DNA of 62,702 nt, the filler included, from Collodictyon triciliatum (lineage: Eukaryota), in assembly GCA_043381765.1 (NCBI GenBank). It is 5 parts of 5 records of this genome, joined end to end, with 100 filler letters (N's around TTAATTAATTAA, not from the genome) between each part and the next. Parts side by side here need not be neighbours in the genome. Positions count along the whole stretch, not along the records: positions 48,143 to 61,103 come from JBHJMP010002075.1; positions 61,204 to 62,702 come from JBHJMP010002222.1; 3 more parts are not named here. One strand, 5' to 3'. The first letter of the stretch is position 1. The number at the start of each line of letters is the position of its first letter. The notes under the pieces were generated by a model. That model had not been told where the DNA came from, searched no databases, and saw only the letters and a list, made by a program, of their open reading frames with translations. Of the stretch, positions 52,243 through 62,702 are shown piece by piece. The translations under genes were made by a program, and so were the position numbers.

Positions 52243-53320
52243 CACAAGATCTCTTGATCGCTGTTCAACCTCCGTGTAGACACCGTTTCGCCGCTGTCCC
52301 AACATCCCCTAACAAGTAAGGAAACCACACACCCACAGTCAATCCAACACATCACAAAAACCTCCTTCAACCCCCAAAACATAATCCTCACGGGTGGTCC
52401 ATACCCCGCCTCAGAACCCACACAATCCATTCCTCCAGTATGTCCCTTGGACTATATGCACCATGTTGGATAAGATTGGGGAGAAACCAAGACAGAAGCT
52501 TCGAATTACAACAACCACGAGTATCGTGTGTATCGGTACCATCAATCGATCTGAATTTACCCGAGATCTCATCCGCCGACCATTCAGATTTTTGGTCAAA
52601 TTGGCAATTAGTTCGAATTTTGCTCACAGGACTGTGCACAAGCAAACATGAAACCTCCAGGCGTTAACTTTCGCCAATTATGGCTTCGTACAAACACTAC
52701 GCGACCCCCACATGAAGTAGCCATAGGCCTCTCTGAAGTCTCTCTTTCCTTTTTACCGAGCAGATGAAGTACGTCGCCGCCTACCTTCTCGCAGTCCTCG
52801 GAGGAAACGCCGCCCCCGACGCAAGCTCTGTCTCAGCCATCCTCGGAGCTGCCGGTGTTGAGGTCGACTCTGGCCGCCTTGACGCTCTGATCTCTGAGCT
52901 GACTGGCAAGGTAAGCACGTAAGGGGAGTGAAGGACAAGCAGACACCAACCGCCTTTTGTTCTTTACTTCTTCAGATGCCTCTGTCTCACGTCGGTCTTT
53001 GACTACACAGAACCTCGACGAAGTGATTGCCTCTGGACGCAGCAAGCTGTCCTCTGTTCCCACCGGAGGAGCCGCCGCTGCCGCGCCCTCTGCTGGAGCC
53101 GCGGCCCCAGCTGCCGCTGCCAGCTCGGCCGCCGCCAAGGAGGAGCCGAAGAAGGAAGAGAAGAAGAAGGAGGAGCCCGAAGAAGACGAAGTGAGTATAG
53201 AGGAACTTTACAGCGAACAGACATACGTAACAAGAGGAAGCATTTAGGTGAGAAGACTGGATACTCAAGAGGCTGTATTTTTCACTAGGACATGGGCTTC
53301 GGTTTGTTCGACTAAGCTTG
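52243..53320 (+). repeat. Direct duplication of about 1.08 kb, copy 1 (RPLP2 plus upstream region)
   Basis: Aligns throughout with 57625-58705. Confidence 0.95.
52764..53315 (+). CDS. RPLP2: 60S acidic ribosomal protein P2, copy 1 (exons 52764-52910, 53011-53190, 53289-53315)
   Basis: MKYVAAYLLAVLGGN...ISELTGKNLDEVIASGRSKLSSVP...EEDEDMGFGLFD*. Confidence 0.97.
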
Positions 53321-53464
53321 TTGCCTCCACCCTGGTACATAGTTGCTCTGATAAATTCTCTCGTCCTCTCTAGCCAAGTGTCTCCCCCTCCTCTTGCCCG
53401 CTTTCTAGGCTGCATAATCTCTTTTGTCTCCGAGTGTTTGGGTTGATATCCACACACCTGGGCT

Positions 53465-56400
53465 TTATTGTGTTGGCATTTTGACTGCTCTATCCCTTCG
53501 TATTGTCTCAATTCGCAGCATGACATGTGTCGCGCTTGCGAGGGATAGCCAGACAGCGCACGCAGCAGGAAGACCTATGACGAGAATGCTTATGCCAATG
53601 ACAACGATACGGTGATATCTACTTGGGACAACCAGTTACCTTGCCACTCACAAAAGCGAGCAAGCATGTCCCAAAGCTCACGAGTCCCCATCCTGTTCCA
53701 GAAGATTCGGGCAAAATTTAGGACATCGTCTCCCATATGCGAAAGAGCATGCAACACGTACCCAAAGCCGAGCAGATTCGCAGTCATCATGAGGAAGATG
53801 CAGAGACTCCCACCCAAGACACGGAAGGGGTGTGTCCCAAAAACAGGGAACGACTGCGCCAACTGCAGGAGTTGAAAATGCTGTCAGTTTGGAGAGTGGT
53901 TGGGCTGATTGCAGACAAAGCCGTGTGGTAGGGCGAGGCAGATACCTTTGCAGCGAGAATCTCTGGGATCAAGAAGAGACAGACAAGGAAGCTCCAAGCA
54001 ATTAGGCGGAACTCAAGGTCATGCCACAACCCGACAAAGCCGAAGATCACCCAAATATTGAGCCATTTGTAGCGCAACCCGCCCATCGGGATGTACATGT
54101 ATCTTAAGTGCATGCGTTGCCATCACTTTATGTTCAACTTTTTTCATTTTCCTTTTTCTTTTCTTTTCTTTTCGTCTGTATGTGCTAGATATGAGTGAGT
54201 GATGGGAAATGGGGTACCTGATCAGCCAGATATTGAACGAGGCGTGCCACGACCTAGGGCGATTAATGGGCCATGCGTTGCAATGAGTCGGGATAGAAAG
54301 AAAGAGAGGATGGAATAGTATTTCAATAAGGGACTGGAGTTTTGGACTATGAGGTGGACAGGGAGCTGAAAAGAATACAAATTACTTCCAAAATCCAAAA
54401 AAGCTGTGATTGTTGTTCAGACAGCGAGTCATATTTTCAGGTGCTTCAATACCATCCCAAAGAGCAAACATTCGAAAGAATCTTAAAAAGAAAAAAGGCG
54501 CGAGATTACTTCTCTAAATACCGCAAACTAGAGTCAATATAGAATTTGTTGTGAGCGTGCATCAAGAGAACACACCTCCATATAACCAAAAACTTCAACC
54601 AGATAAAATTCAGAGCGACGTACGAGATTGCAAGAATCTGAGGACGAAAGTAAATAGCAGAGGCAATGAGCAGATTAGAAATGTATTTGGTAAAAAAATA
54701 TATAAAAAATAACTAAGGTGAATGATTATCCATGAAAATGGATATACAAAGAAGAAATCGTTGTCATCATTAAAGAAAAAAAGAAAGAGATATTTTCTAT
54801 CTCTCTCAAAAACTTGCCTGCTCCATTGTTAGATTGTGGTTTTGAGAGTTGTAAGCTATGAGAGCCCATGGATACATCAAATGGCTGGCCGTCTCAAGCA
54901 GAATGAGCGAGAAAAATAAGCGAGTGGTATACTTGAAGCAATCCGTTGCTGTTATTCGAGATGGTATAATCATCTTGATGGAGCATGAACATTAATCAGT
55001 CCCTCTCTTTGTGAGGCGTGATATGCACCAGATGCCCACTTGAGTTTGATAAATAAAGTGGATAACTACTCTTTGAATCGAATAAAGGAAAAAAAGTGGA
55101 TAATTACTCACAAAAGACATGAAAGCATTGAATGATATAATTGGACCAGCTACGTAAAGTGGGAAATAGCCCACATATGCGACATAATTTGTAAATGAAA
55201 AAATGTCCGCGTTGCCTTTGAAAACTGTAATGACTTATGTCAGTAACATTCTCTCACTTCTCAAAAAACCAAAGATGGTAACAATATACCGAAATCATAT
55301 ATTCAACATGAATTGGAAATAGAAAGATGATATAAGGATGTCAGATTTTGTCAAATAGTCGGTATGCAATCAAATACATGAGTAGGAGGATAAGAAACTT
55401 ACTCTGCCTCCTTTGATAGCAAATATTGCCAGTGGAACATATTTCACAGAACTCTTTGTGTTTCTACTTAAAATACAACTATGAAATGAAACATGCTGCT
55501 GCGAAATAAATAATTTTATTGATAAAAAAAATTCACAAACGCAAAATGAATATCATTTAATAATTACTTTAATGAGGATTTGATCTTTTCCTTCATTTTT
55601 TGACCAAAGCATATCGAATGAAAAACTTATAATCCTCAGTACAATTAAGTTGACTGAGATATCCCATCGATAAAGCTGAGGGAGGGGCCAACTCTTAACC
55701 ATCAATTTAAAGGTTATTAAATTTAAATAATAACGGTATGAAAAACAACAAGTTGAAATTATTGCTTTGTATTTTGATTCGTATTAATAAACAATACCAA
55801 AATACTATCTATATATCTCCACCATAAAGGAGAAGTCATGGGCAACCACTTTGACAACATAAGCATGGATACATTCCCTCCCCATATCAAGAAAGAACCA
55901 TACTTCGAATAGCAAGTGGCTAGCCTTCGCATATTTTTGAGCGAAAAGGTATCGGATTATAAAAAAAATACGTTCAATTCAATCAAAAAGCATGGTTCAT
56001 GTAATATATCAAGTAAAATAGTTTGCATACTTTGACAGAGTGAATCCCAAAACCATTATTATTAAGATGAGAAGACCGAATCCACCGTGTAAGATGAAGA
56101 ATAATATCCCCGATATCAAAGCAGGGAAATACAGCCGTGCTGTTGCCACTTTCTCAAAAATGTCAATTAGAGAATTGCATCCGGTATGATTATAGCTGCA
56201 GTCATCAGAGTTTGTTGAGATTTTCTCTTTGGAGGTGATTGCTTTGCTCTGAAATTGTCTGACATATTTTGATATCATCAGAAAAATAAATAATCCACCC
56301 GCAAGGTAAAAGAAATTATCTCGAAAAGAGCGCCATTGAAGGTCTCGGTTATCCTGAATTGGTGAGGTGATTTCGAATTATTCCGGAAATACGGATGGTA

Positions 56401-56959
56401 AGAGTAGATATTTTGTATTTCTTAGATTATCGTGAATTTCTCTTTTAACTTTGAGGTCATATCCGAAGTGATTTCAAACCAATTTCAAACCAAAGAACCA
56501 TCCGTCTTTCAAATGGACTCTGCTGAATCGATGGCTGGAGGTCAAACCTAATTATTTCATGTCTTAGGTATTAGAGACAGTGACAGTGAATAATGAAAGT
56601 CCATGAAAATATTACATAAAATGGTTATTAAGCAAGTTTTTCATACTCTAAACAATCTAAATAAAAAGAAACGACGTAGATATCAAAATTTGAGAATGAG
56701 GTTTGTGTGTATATTTTTATGCTATAACCAAAACACAAATATTTTGTTTCTCCCGTCGGCATTAAATCGAAATATCTTGACTATGGTAGGATATTCCTTG
56801 CTTGACGTGGCTGCTTAAAATTGCAAATAGTAGTCTTGGTGGAAATGATTACCCTGTATAGAATAGCAAACCTTGACTTGTTTCATACGTTACTCTAATG
56901 ACATAAGGGTATGCAACTCCAAGGACGAATAGGCTGATAACATCAGCAATCCACAACAT
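53465..56959 (-). CDS. GUP1/HHAT-like membrane-bound O-acyltransferase (MBOAT), spliced
   Basis: DNRDLQWRSFR; YVGYFPLYVAGPIISFNAF; SWHASFNIWLIRYMYIPMGG; FGFVGLWHDL (catalytic His); MMTANLLGF. Start uncertain. Confidence 0.88.
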
Positions 56960-57624
56960 CGCTTCAATCCAGCAGAGTTCTTGTGTGTACCCTTCGTTCT
57001 GTCTACAGAATTCACGATTTTATTGATGTATTTATATTAAACACTTGTGCATTTATTTTGGCCTAAAAGATAATTCTCTTTATTTTAGTATAATTTTTTG
57101 TTTTTTAGTTTTTTTAGTTTTTTAGTTTTTTAGTTTTTTAGTTTTTTAGTTTTTTAGTTTTTTAGTTTTTTAGTTTTTTAGTTTTTTAGTTTTTTAGTTT
57201 TTTAGTTTTTTAGTATTTTTTGTTTTCTAGTTTTGTATTGTATTGTATTGTTTTGATAATTGGCATGTATACGGCACTTCTCAAGTCTTGCATGCACAAC
57301 GGAGGCTATGTTGCGGCCGTGCTTCCTGCTTGCGTCGCGTGAAGCGCACGAAAAGTTTCACTGCGCTGCTGGCATAAGAAACTGGTGGAAATGGCAGTGA
57401 AAGGAGAGCGCAGCTTCTATGCCTATTTCTGGATTATATAATATATTAACTTTTTTGAATCCAATATATTTTATCAATGAATAATATACATTTTATAACA
57501 TAATTCAAAATAATTGAAGTATAAGCTAATCAAAGAACTATAATACAATCCTGGAATTTCTGTTCACATTTTTCTTGTTTTCTTCGTAATACAAAATCCT
57601 CAATCGGGAGATGAGCTCGAATAA

Positions 57625-58705
57625 CACAAGATCTCTTGATCGCTGTTCAACCTCCGCGTAGACACCGTTTCGCCGCTGTCCCAACACCCCCTAACAAGTA
57701 AGGAAACCACACACGCACAGTCAATCAAACACACCACGAAACCTCCTTCAACCCCCAAAACATAATCCTCACGGGTGGTCCATATCCCTCCTCAGAACCC
57801 ACACAGTCCATTCCTCCAGTATGTCCCTTGGACTATATGCACCATGTTGGATAAGATTGGGGAGAAACCAAGACAGAAGCTTCAAATTACAACAAACACG
57901 AGTGTCGTGTGTATCGGTGCCATCAATCGATCTGAAATTACCCGAGACCTTATCTGCCAACCTTTCGAATTTTTTTGGTCAAATTGGCAATTAGTTCGAA
58001 TTTCGAACACCAAGACCGCGTGTAAACAGACATGAAACCCCCAGGCGCTAACTTTCGCCAATTATGGCATCGTACAAACACTACGTGACCACCACATGAA
58101 GTAGCTATACGCCTCTCTGAAGCTTCCCTTTCCTTTCTACCGAGCAGATGAAGTACGTCGCCGCCTACCTTCTCGCTGTCCTCGGAGGAAACGCCGCCCC
58201 CGACGCAAGCTCTGTCTCAGCCATCCTCGGAGCTGCCGGTGTTGAGGTCGACTCTGGCCGCCTTGACGCTCTGATCTCTGAGCTGACTGGCAAGGTAAGC
58301 ACGAAAGGGGGAGTCAAGGACAAGCAGACACCAACCGCCTTTTGTTCTTTATTTCTTCAGAGGCCTCTGTCTCACGTCAGTCTTTGACTACACAGAACCT
58401 CGACGAAGTGATTGCCTCTGGACGCAGCAAGCTGTCCTCTGTTCCCACCGGAGGAGCCGCCGCTGCCGCGCCCTCTGCTGGAGCCGCGGCCCCAGCTGCC
58501 GCTGCCAGCTCGGCCGCCGCCAAGGAGGAGCCGAAGAAGGAAGAGAAGAAGAAGGAGGAGCCCGAAGAAGACGAAGTGAGTATAGAGGAACTTTATAAGG
58601 AACAGACATACGTAACAAGGGATAGCATATAGGTGAGAAGACTGGATACTCAAGAGGCTGTATTTTTCACTAGGACATGGGCTTCGGTTTGTTCGACTAA
58701 GCTTG
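57625..58705 (+). repeat. Direct duplication of about 1.08 kb, copy 2
   Basis: Aligns with 52243-53320. Confidence 0.95.
58148..58700 (+). CDS. RPLP2: 60S acidic ribosomal protein P2, copy 2
   Basis: Same protein and intron positions as copy 1. Confidence 0.97.
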
Positions 58706-58944
58706 CTACCATCATTCTGGGTTATAGTCTAGAATAAAGCCACCAAATATTGTTAATAAGACCTCAATTCGTGCGCATTCTCGCCACCGCGGCACGTCCC
58801 GAACAAGTGCGCTACCTCCAAAACATAGCCGAGGACTCATACGAACAGCACTTTCTTCTTTGGTTAGACCTCGACACTAGGGGTGGGACTTTATTGGAGC
58901 TGTGTGCGGTGCACTCGGTCACCCATGCAGGGCATGCATACTAC

Positions 58945-60042
58945 CTAGAACCGATAAATAACATGCCCAGCCGAGCTCGCAACATAGAACTCCCCATCCT
59001 GGCCAATCCCGAAGGCACAGAGACCGTCGATCGAGAGCCGGTGGATCTGCTTGCCTTCCCTATCGATGAACTCCACACAATTGGCCGTAGAGTAGCTGAG
59101 GGCGAAGACACCTCCCCCACAGAATGCCATTCTGGTGACTGTAGCGCGGCTTTCAAGCTCCACCCTCCTACGGTACTGGCCATCCGTCGCGAAAACCTCC
59201 AGGCAGCCGCTGCCCATGGTACTAACGTACAATTCTCTTTCCTCGAGGTCTAGCATCAAGCAACAAGGTCGATATAGTTTACAGGCCGAGCCCTCCCCAC
59301 CAATCAGCTGTATGAAATCACCCCTGCGCGAAAACTTTGCCACGCCATGGTGCGGCATCGCAGCGTACAGATTGCTCTCTGCGTCAAAGCAGACCTCGGT
59401 AAATACACACCGCCCGCTGATCTCGGGGACCATAGTGCAGCAAACTCCGATTGGGGTGAAGTCTGGTTCGAAAAGCCGGACCCGATAGTTGCCTGTATCT
59501 GCCACAGCGATCACCTCTCCGTCGCACGAAATGGCAGCACCCATGATAGTCTTGGACAATCCTGCGTCGCCTTCGTACGTGCTGAGCAGCTCAAACTCTG
59601 GCAAAAGGACTACAAAGCAGTTATTTGTGCAGTCTGTGATATACAGATTGCCGTTGAGTGGGTGGACGACAAGCGCAGATGCAATGCGGGTGAGAACTCC
59701 GCCAGGGGCTGCGTACGTTGCTTCTTTGCGTGTTGTGCCGATGCTGGTGATTGGCTTTGTGATTCTGGGGTATCCGCAGTAGACAAACGGCATGTCTGTG
59801 AGCGCAACGGGAACTAGTTCCTTAGTAGGGAGACTTGTCCACACGCTTGGTCGCAGTTGTGTGTGCTTTGATATGGGCCAAGAAAGAGCAGAGTGGAGGC
59901 CCCTGAGGCGATGCGGCTTGTGGGGTCGTGTGCTGGGCTGGGCTTCTCTCAGCGTAAGTGCCATGATGTGATTTCTTCGGGCCATGAGAGTGGATTCCTT
60001 GGCTGATATTAATTTGTTATATCTGGCGAAGGTGTCCACCAG
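58945..60042 (-). CDS. NHL-repeat/beta-propeller protein, last exon; further exons probable up to about 60900
   Basis: LVVHPLNGNLYITDCTNNCFVV; IAVADTGNYRVRLF; FDAESNLYAA; CAG acceptor at 60043-60045. Confidence 0.75.
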   Translation of the reverse strand: MVDTFARYNKLISAKESTLMARRNHIMALTLREAQPSTRPHKPHRLRGLHSALSWPISKHTQLRPSVWTSLPTKELVPVALTDMPFVYCGYPRITKPITSIGTTRKEATYAAPGGVLTRIASALVVHPLNGNLYITDCTNNCFVVLLPEFELLSTYEGDAGLSKTIMGAAISCDGEVIAVADTGNYRVRLFEPDFTPIGVCCTMVPEISGRCVFTEVCFDAESNLYAAMPHHGVAKFSRRGDFIQLIGGEGSACKLYRPCCLMLDLEERELYVSTMGSGCLEVFATDGQYRRRVELESRATVTRMAFCGGGVFALSYSTANCVEFIDREGKQIHRLSIDGLCAFGIGQDGEFYVASSAGHVIYRF

Positions 60043-61103
60043 CTGTGGAGAAAAGAAGAGTTAGTATGCTCCCGAGGAGTGGGTTCTCTTGTATTAAAGT
60101 TGGGATATGCTGGGCGGCAGACTTGCTGTTTGGCCTCTTGCTGCGTTAAACCGACAAGTTCTCTAAGCGATCTTACGTAACTTATGATCGTGTCGTCGTG
60201 CTCTTCAAACTCTGCACCAGCCTATATATTTGATAAATTGACCTTACTGCTTGGTATTCGTCTGTCAGCAGTGTTCGGGTGGGTGGGGATACTTCCTTCA
60301 ATACCAAGGAAAGCAATGATTCGGCGTATCAAGGAGTGTATTGGTTACCATGTCTTGTGCGAGATCAATACCCTGGCGTCTATCTCGGACTTCCTTTAGG
60401 TATGCACTCCAGACAGCGTCACAAGCAGAGGATGCAAACATTTGTGCTGTGCCGTGCATTATAATGGGTTCGTTCTTTCTCGCTCTTTCTATTCTGCGAC
60501 CAAATAAACAAAGTAGATTGAAAATAAGAGGTGACTCGCATTACAGAAATGAAACCTGACTACAAGGTCAAGCCTCTTGCGCGCCATGTCCGCCCGTATA
60601 CTGGTTGCTTTTTCCCTCTCTTTTACAGCTGGGCAACAACTGGAATGGCCACAAATGCCCCCAATCACAAGCCAACTCATAATTTCGATAAGGTTGCAGC
60701 TTGCGAGGTTATGCCCGCTCTTATTCGATATAATAGTCAGCCTGCCTCGACGACGGGTTCGTGTTTGTGACATCAAAAAATTGTATATTACTCTGTAACT
60801 CTCTGGTGCTGTCTTCCCGTTATGGCTGGCACCCTCCTCTGTGTTGCCGGGTGGCGAGCATCTGAAACGCGTCTTCTGCCTTGCAACAAATGGTGACACC
60901 CGAACCTAACAAATCGATATATATATATGGAAATTATTGTAATTGATCCTTTTTATCGTTGCTTTCCAAAAGGATGGGAGCTTCGCACCGTCGAAAAATG
61001 CAACGATATTCCACTCCTCGAATGCAACCCCAACCACAGCCGTCCTGAACAACAAAGGAGAATGGCGCTCACGACGCCCCATCTCATACGGAGCACCGTC
61101 GCC

Positions 61104-61203
61104 NNNNNNNNNNNNNNNNNNNNNNNNNNNNNNNNNNNNNNNNNNNNTTAATTAATTAANNNNNNNNNNNNNNNNNNNNNNNNNNNNNNNNNNNNNNNNN
61201 NNN
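61104..61203. other. Artificial contig spacer
   Basis: TTAATTAATTAA at 61148-61159 within Ns. Confidence 0.95.
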
Positions 61204-61314
61204 TTTTTTTTTTTAATTTGTCGACGTATTTTAAATTTTTTTTTTTTTTTTTTTTTTTTTTGCAAAAACTATGCATCCCTTTGGACTAACATATTATCGT
61301 TTTAAAATTTACAG

Positions 61315-62586
61315 TCTTCAAGATAAGTATCGCATCCATGCTGATAAATTACGAGAACTCCAGCCTTTCTTTGATTTCAGATATCTTATATATCAGAGAG
61401 GACGCGTATAATTTTTTTTTTGTTTATTTGCTTTGGCTGTGTTTTATAATCATATATCACTCTGGTCAATCTAATCTCTTATCTGAAGTCTGAAAAGAGA
61501 AGAAAAGAAAAGAATTTTCTTTTTTCCATCAAGCTATTATCACTGCAATATTCACATGATTTTTCTTTAAAAAAAATTAGAAAATATTTTGTCAACGCAC
61601 ACAAAATTATAGGAAATCGAGGAATCGCGACAATCGTCATCGTCTGGTACATCTTTGGATTTATCCAGTTATATTGAATTCCAAACTAATTATAAGGAAG
61701 CCAGAAAGTATGGTACCTAAAATTAATCATGATATCTCTTTATTTTCTTTAATTTTGTATGCAAATAAGAAACCTTAGAAAAATTAAAATAAAGAATGCT
61801 CTCATTCTAGATACCATGCCCAAGCAATCAAGGCTATACGTCGTTTTTGGACTCTTTTACTTTTAGATGATGAAAGGGTAATACCATTAAACTATATGAG
61901 TCTTTAATGCTACGGTAGAAAATAACTTTTCTTATGGAAATATGCACGTTTTAATTTCCACATTTATTCATTATGTACAATCCCTAGTTTGACCTCGCCA
62001 TGCTCCCATCTGCCTCAGAGAGAGTAAATAATGCTACATCACAAGGTTTATTAGCATGTTTCCATTTTAATCCATATTGCTGTCTGTCTTAAAAAAGAAT
62101 CATCATCTTACTCGTCTGCACAGCTCAAGCGCATTATGAACGTGTGTTGAAAAAGCATCCAGAAGCACCAAGGCTGTTGCGATCATATGCCGAATTCATT
62201 TTGGGGTAAAATTGAATGCGATTTGTGGCATAACCTGACAATGAGTGTTATCCATTATACATATATTTGAAAGGAAATGAAAATAATAATGGAAACTCTC
62301 CTAGTATATCGCAGGATAACCGGAAGGCAAACGCGTTAATCAAAAGGGCCGAAGAGCTAGAAGAGAAACAAGCACGCTCCAATGAAAATGGTAATACGTG
62401 ACTTAATTTTCGTGCAACTAACATACCATATCTTCATTCAGTAATTAGTCATCGCACCTTATCCTCATAATTTACAGAAGGTGCTGGTGCTCATGGTGGA
62501 GGCATGATTGATATCGAGGATAAATCCAAAGCAGTTATCACTATTGATGGTAAAGGAACTATCCAGACTGTCAACCAAGGTTGTGT
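61315..62586 (+). CDS. Internal fragment of a TPR + PAS-domain protein (TmcB-like protist family)
   Basis: Exons FFDFRYLIYQR; HYERVLKKHPEAPRLLRSYAEFILG; ANALIKRAEELEE; PAS start KAVITIDGKGTIQTVNQGC. Confidence 0.7.
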
Positions 62587-62702
62587 GTAAGTGAATTCTT
62601 CTTTTTCTTCTTTCTTCTTTCTTCTTCTTTCTTCTTTCTTCTTTCTTCTTTCTTCTTTCTTCTTTCTTCTTTCTTCTTTCTTCTTTCTTCTTTCTTCTTT
62701 CT

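Overview
Draft eukaryotic (probably protist) genomic DNA: intron-rich, full of microsatellites, and split into five segments by artificial 100-bp spacers (44 N + TTAATTAATTAA + 44 N). Host genes recognisable from the sequence: an NCOA5-like RS/low-complexity protein, EF-1beta, an intronless multipass membrane protein, a Sel1-repeat protein, a Pho80/PCL-type cyclin, a SETD7-like methyltransferase, ALDH6 (methylmalonate-semialdehyde dehydrogenase), TRIM-NHL, an SH3 protein, an SDR, a MAPR/PGRMC-like protein, two RPLP2 copies flanking a GUP1/HHAT-like MBOAT, a second NHL protein and a TPR-PAS protein fragment. The highlight is an AT-rich, intronless, gene-dense island at about 26168-34260, which reads as the right-hand part of an endogenous Polinton-like virus (PLV). 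It encodes a PLV-type major capsid protein, a Tlr6F-like protein, an rve integrase with an apparent D-D-D triad, an SF3 helicase and four unknown ORFs. AT-only palindromes follow its stop codons, as in the Mimivirus/Sputnik hairpin termination rule. Two of its genes share a 14-bp upstream motif, and its right end is structured. All assignments come from motif recognition by eye; no searches were run.
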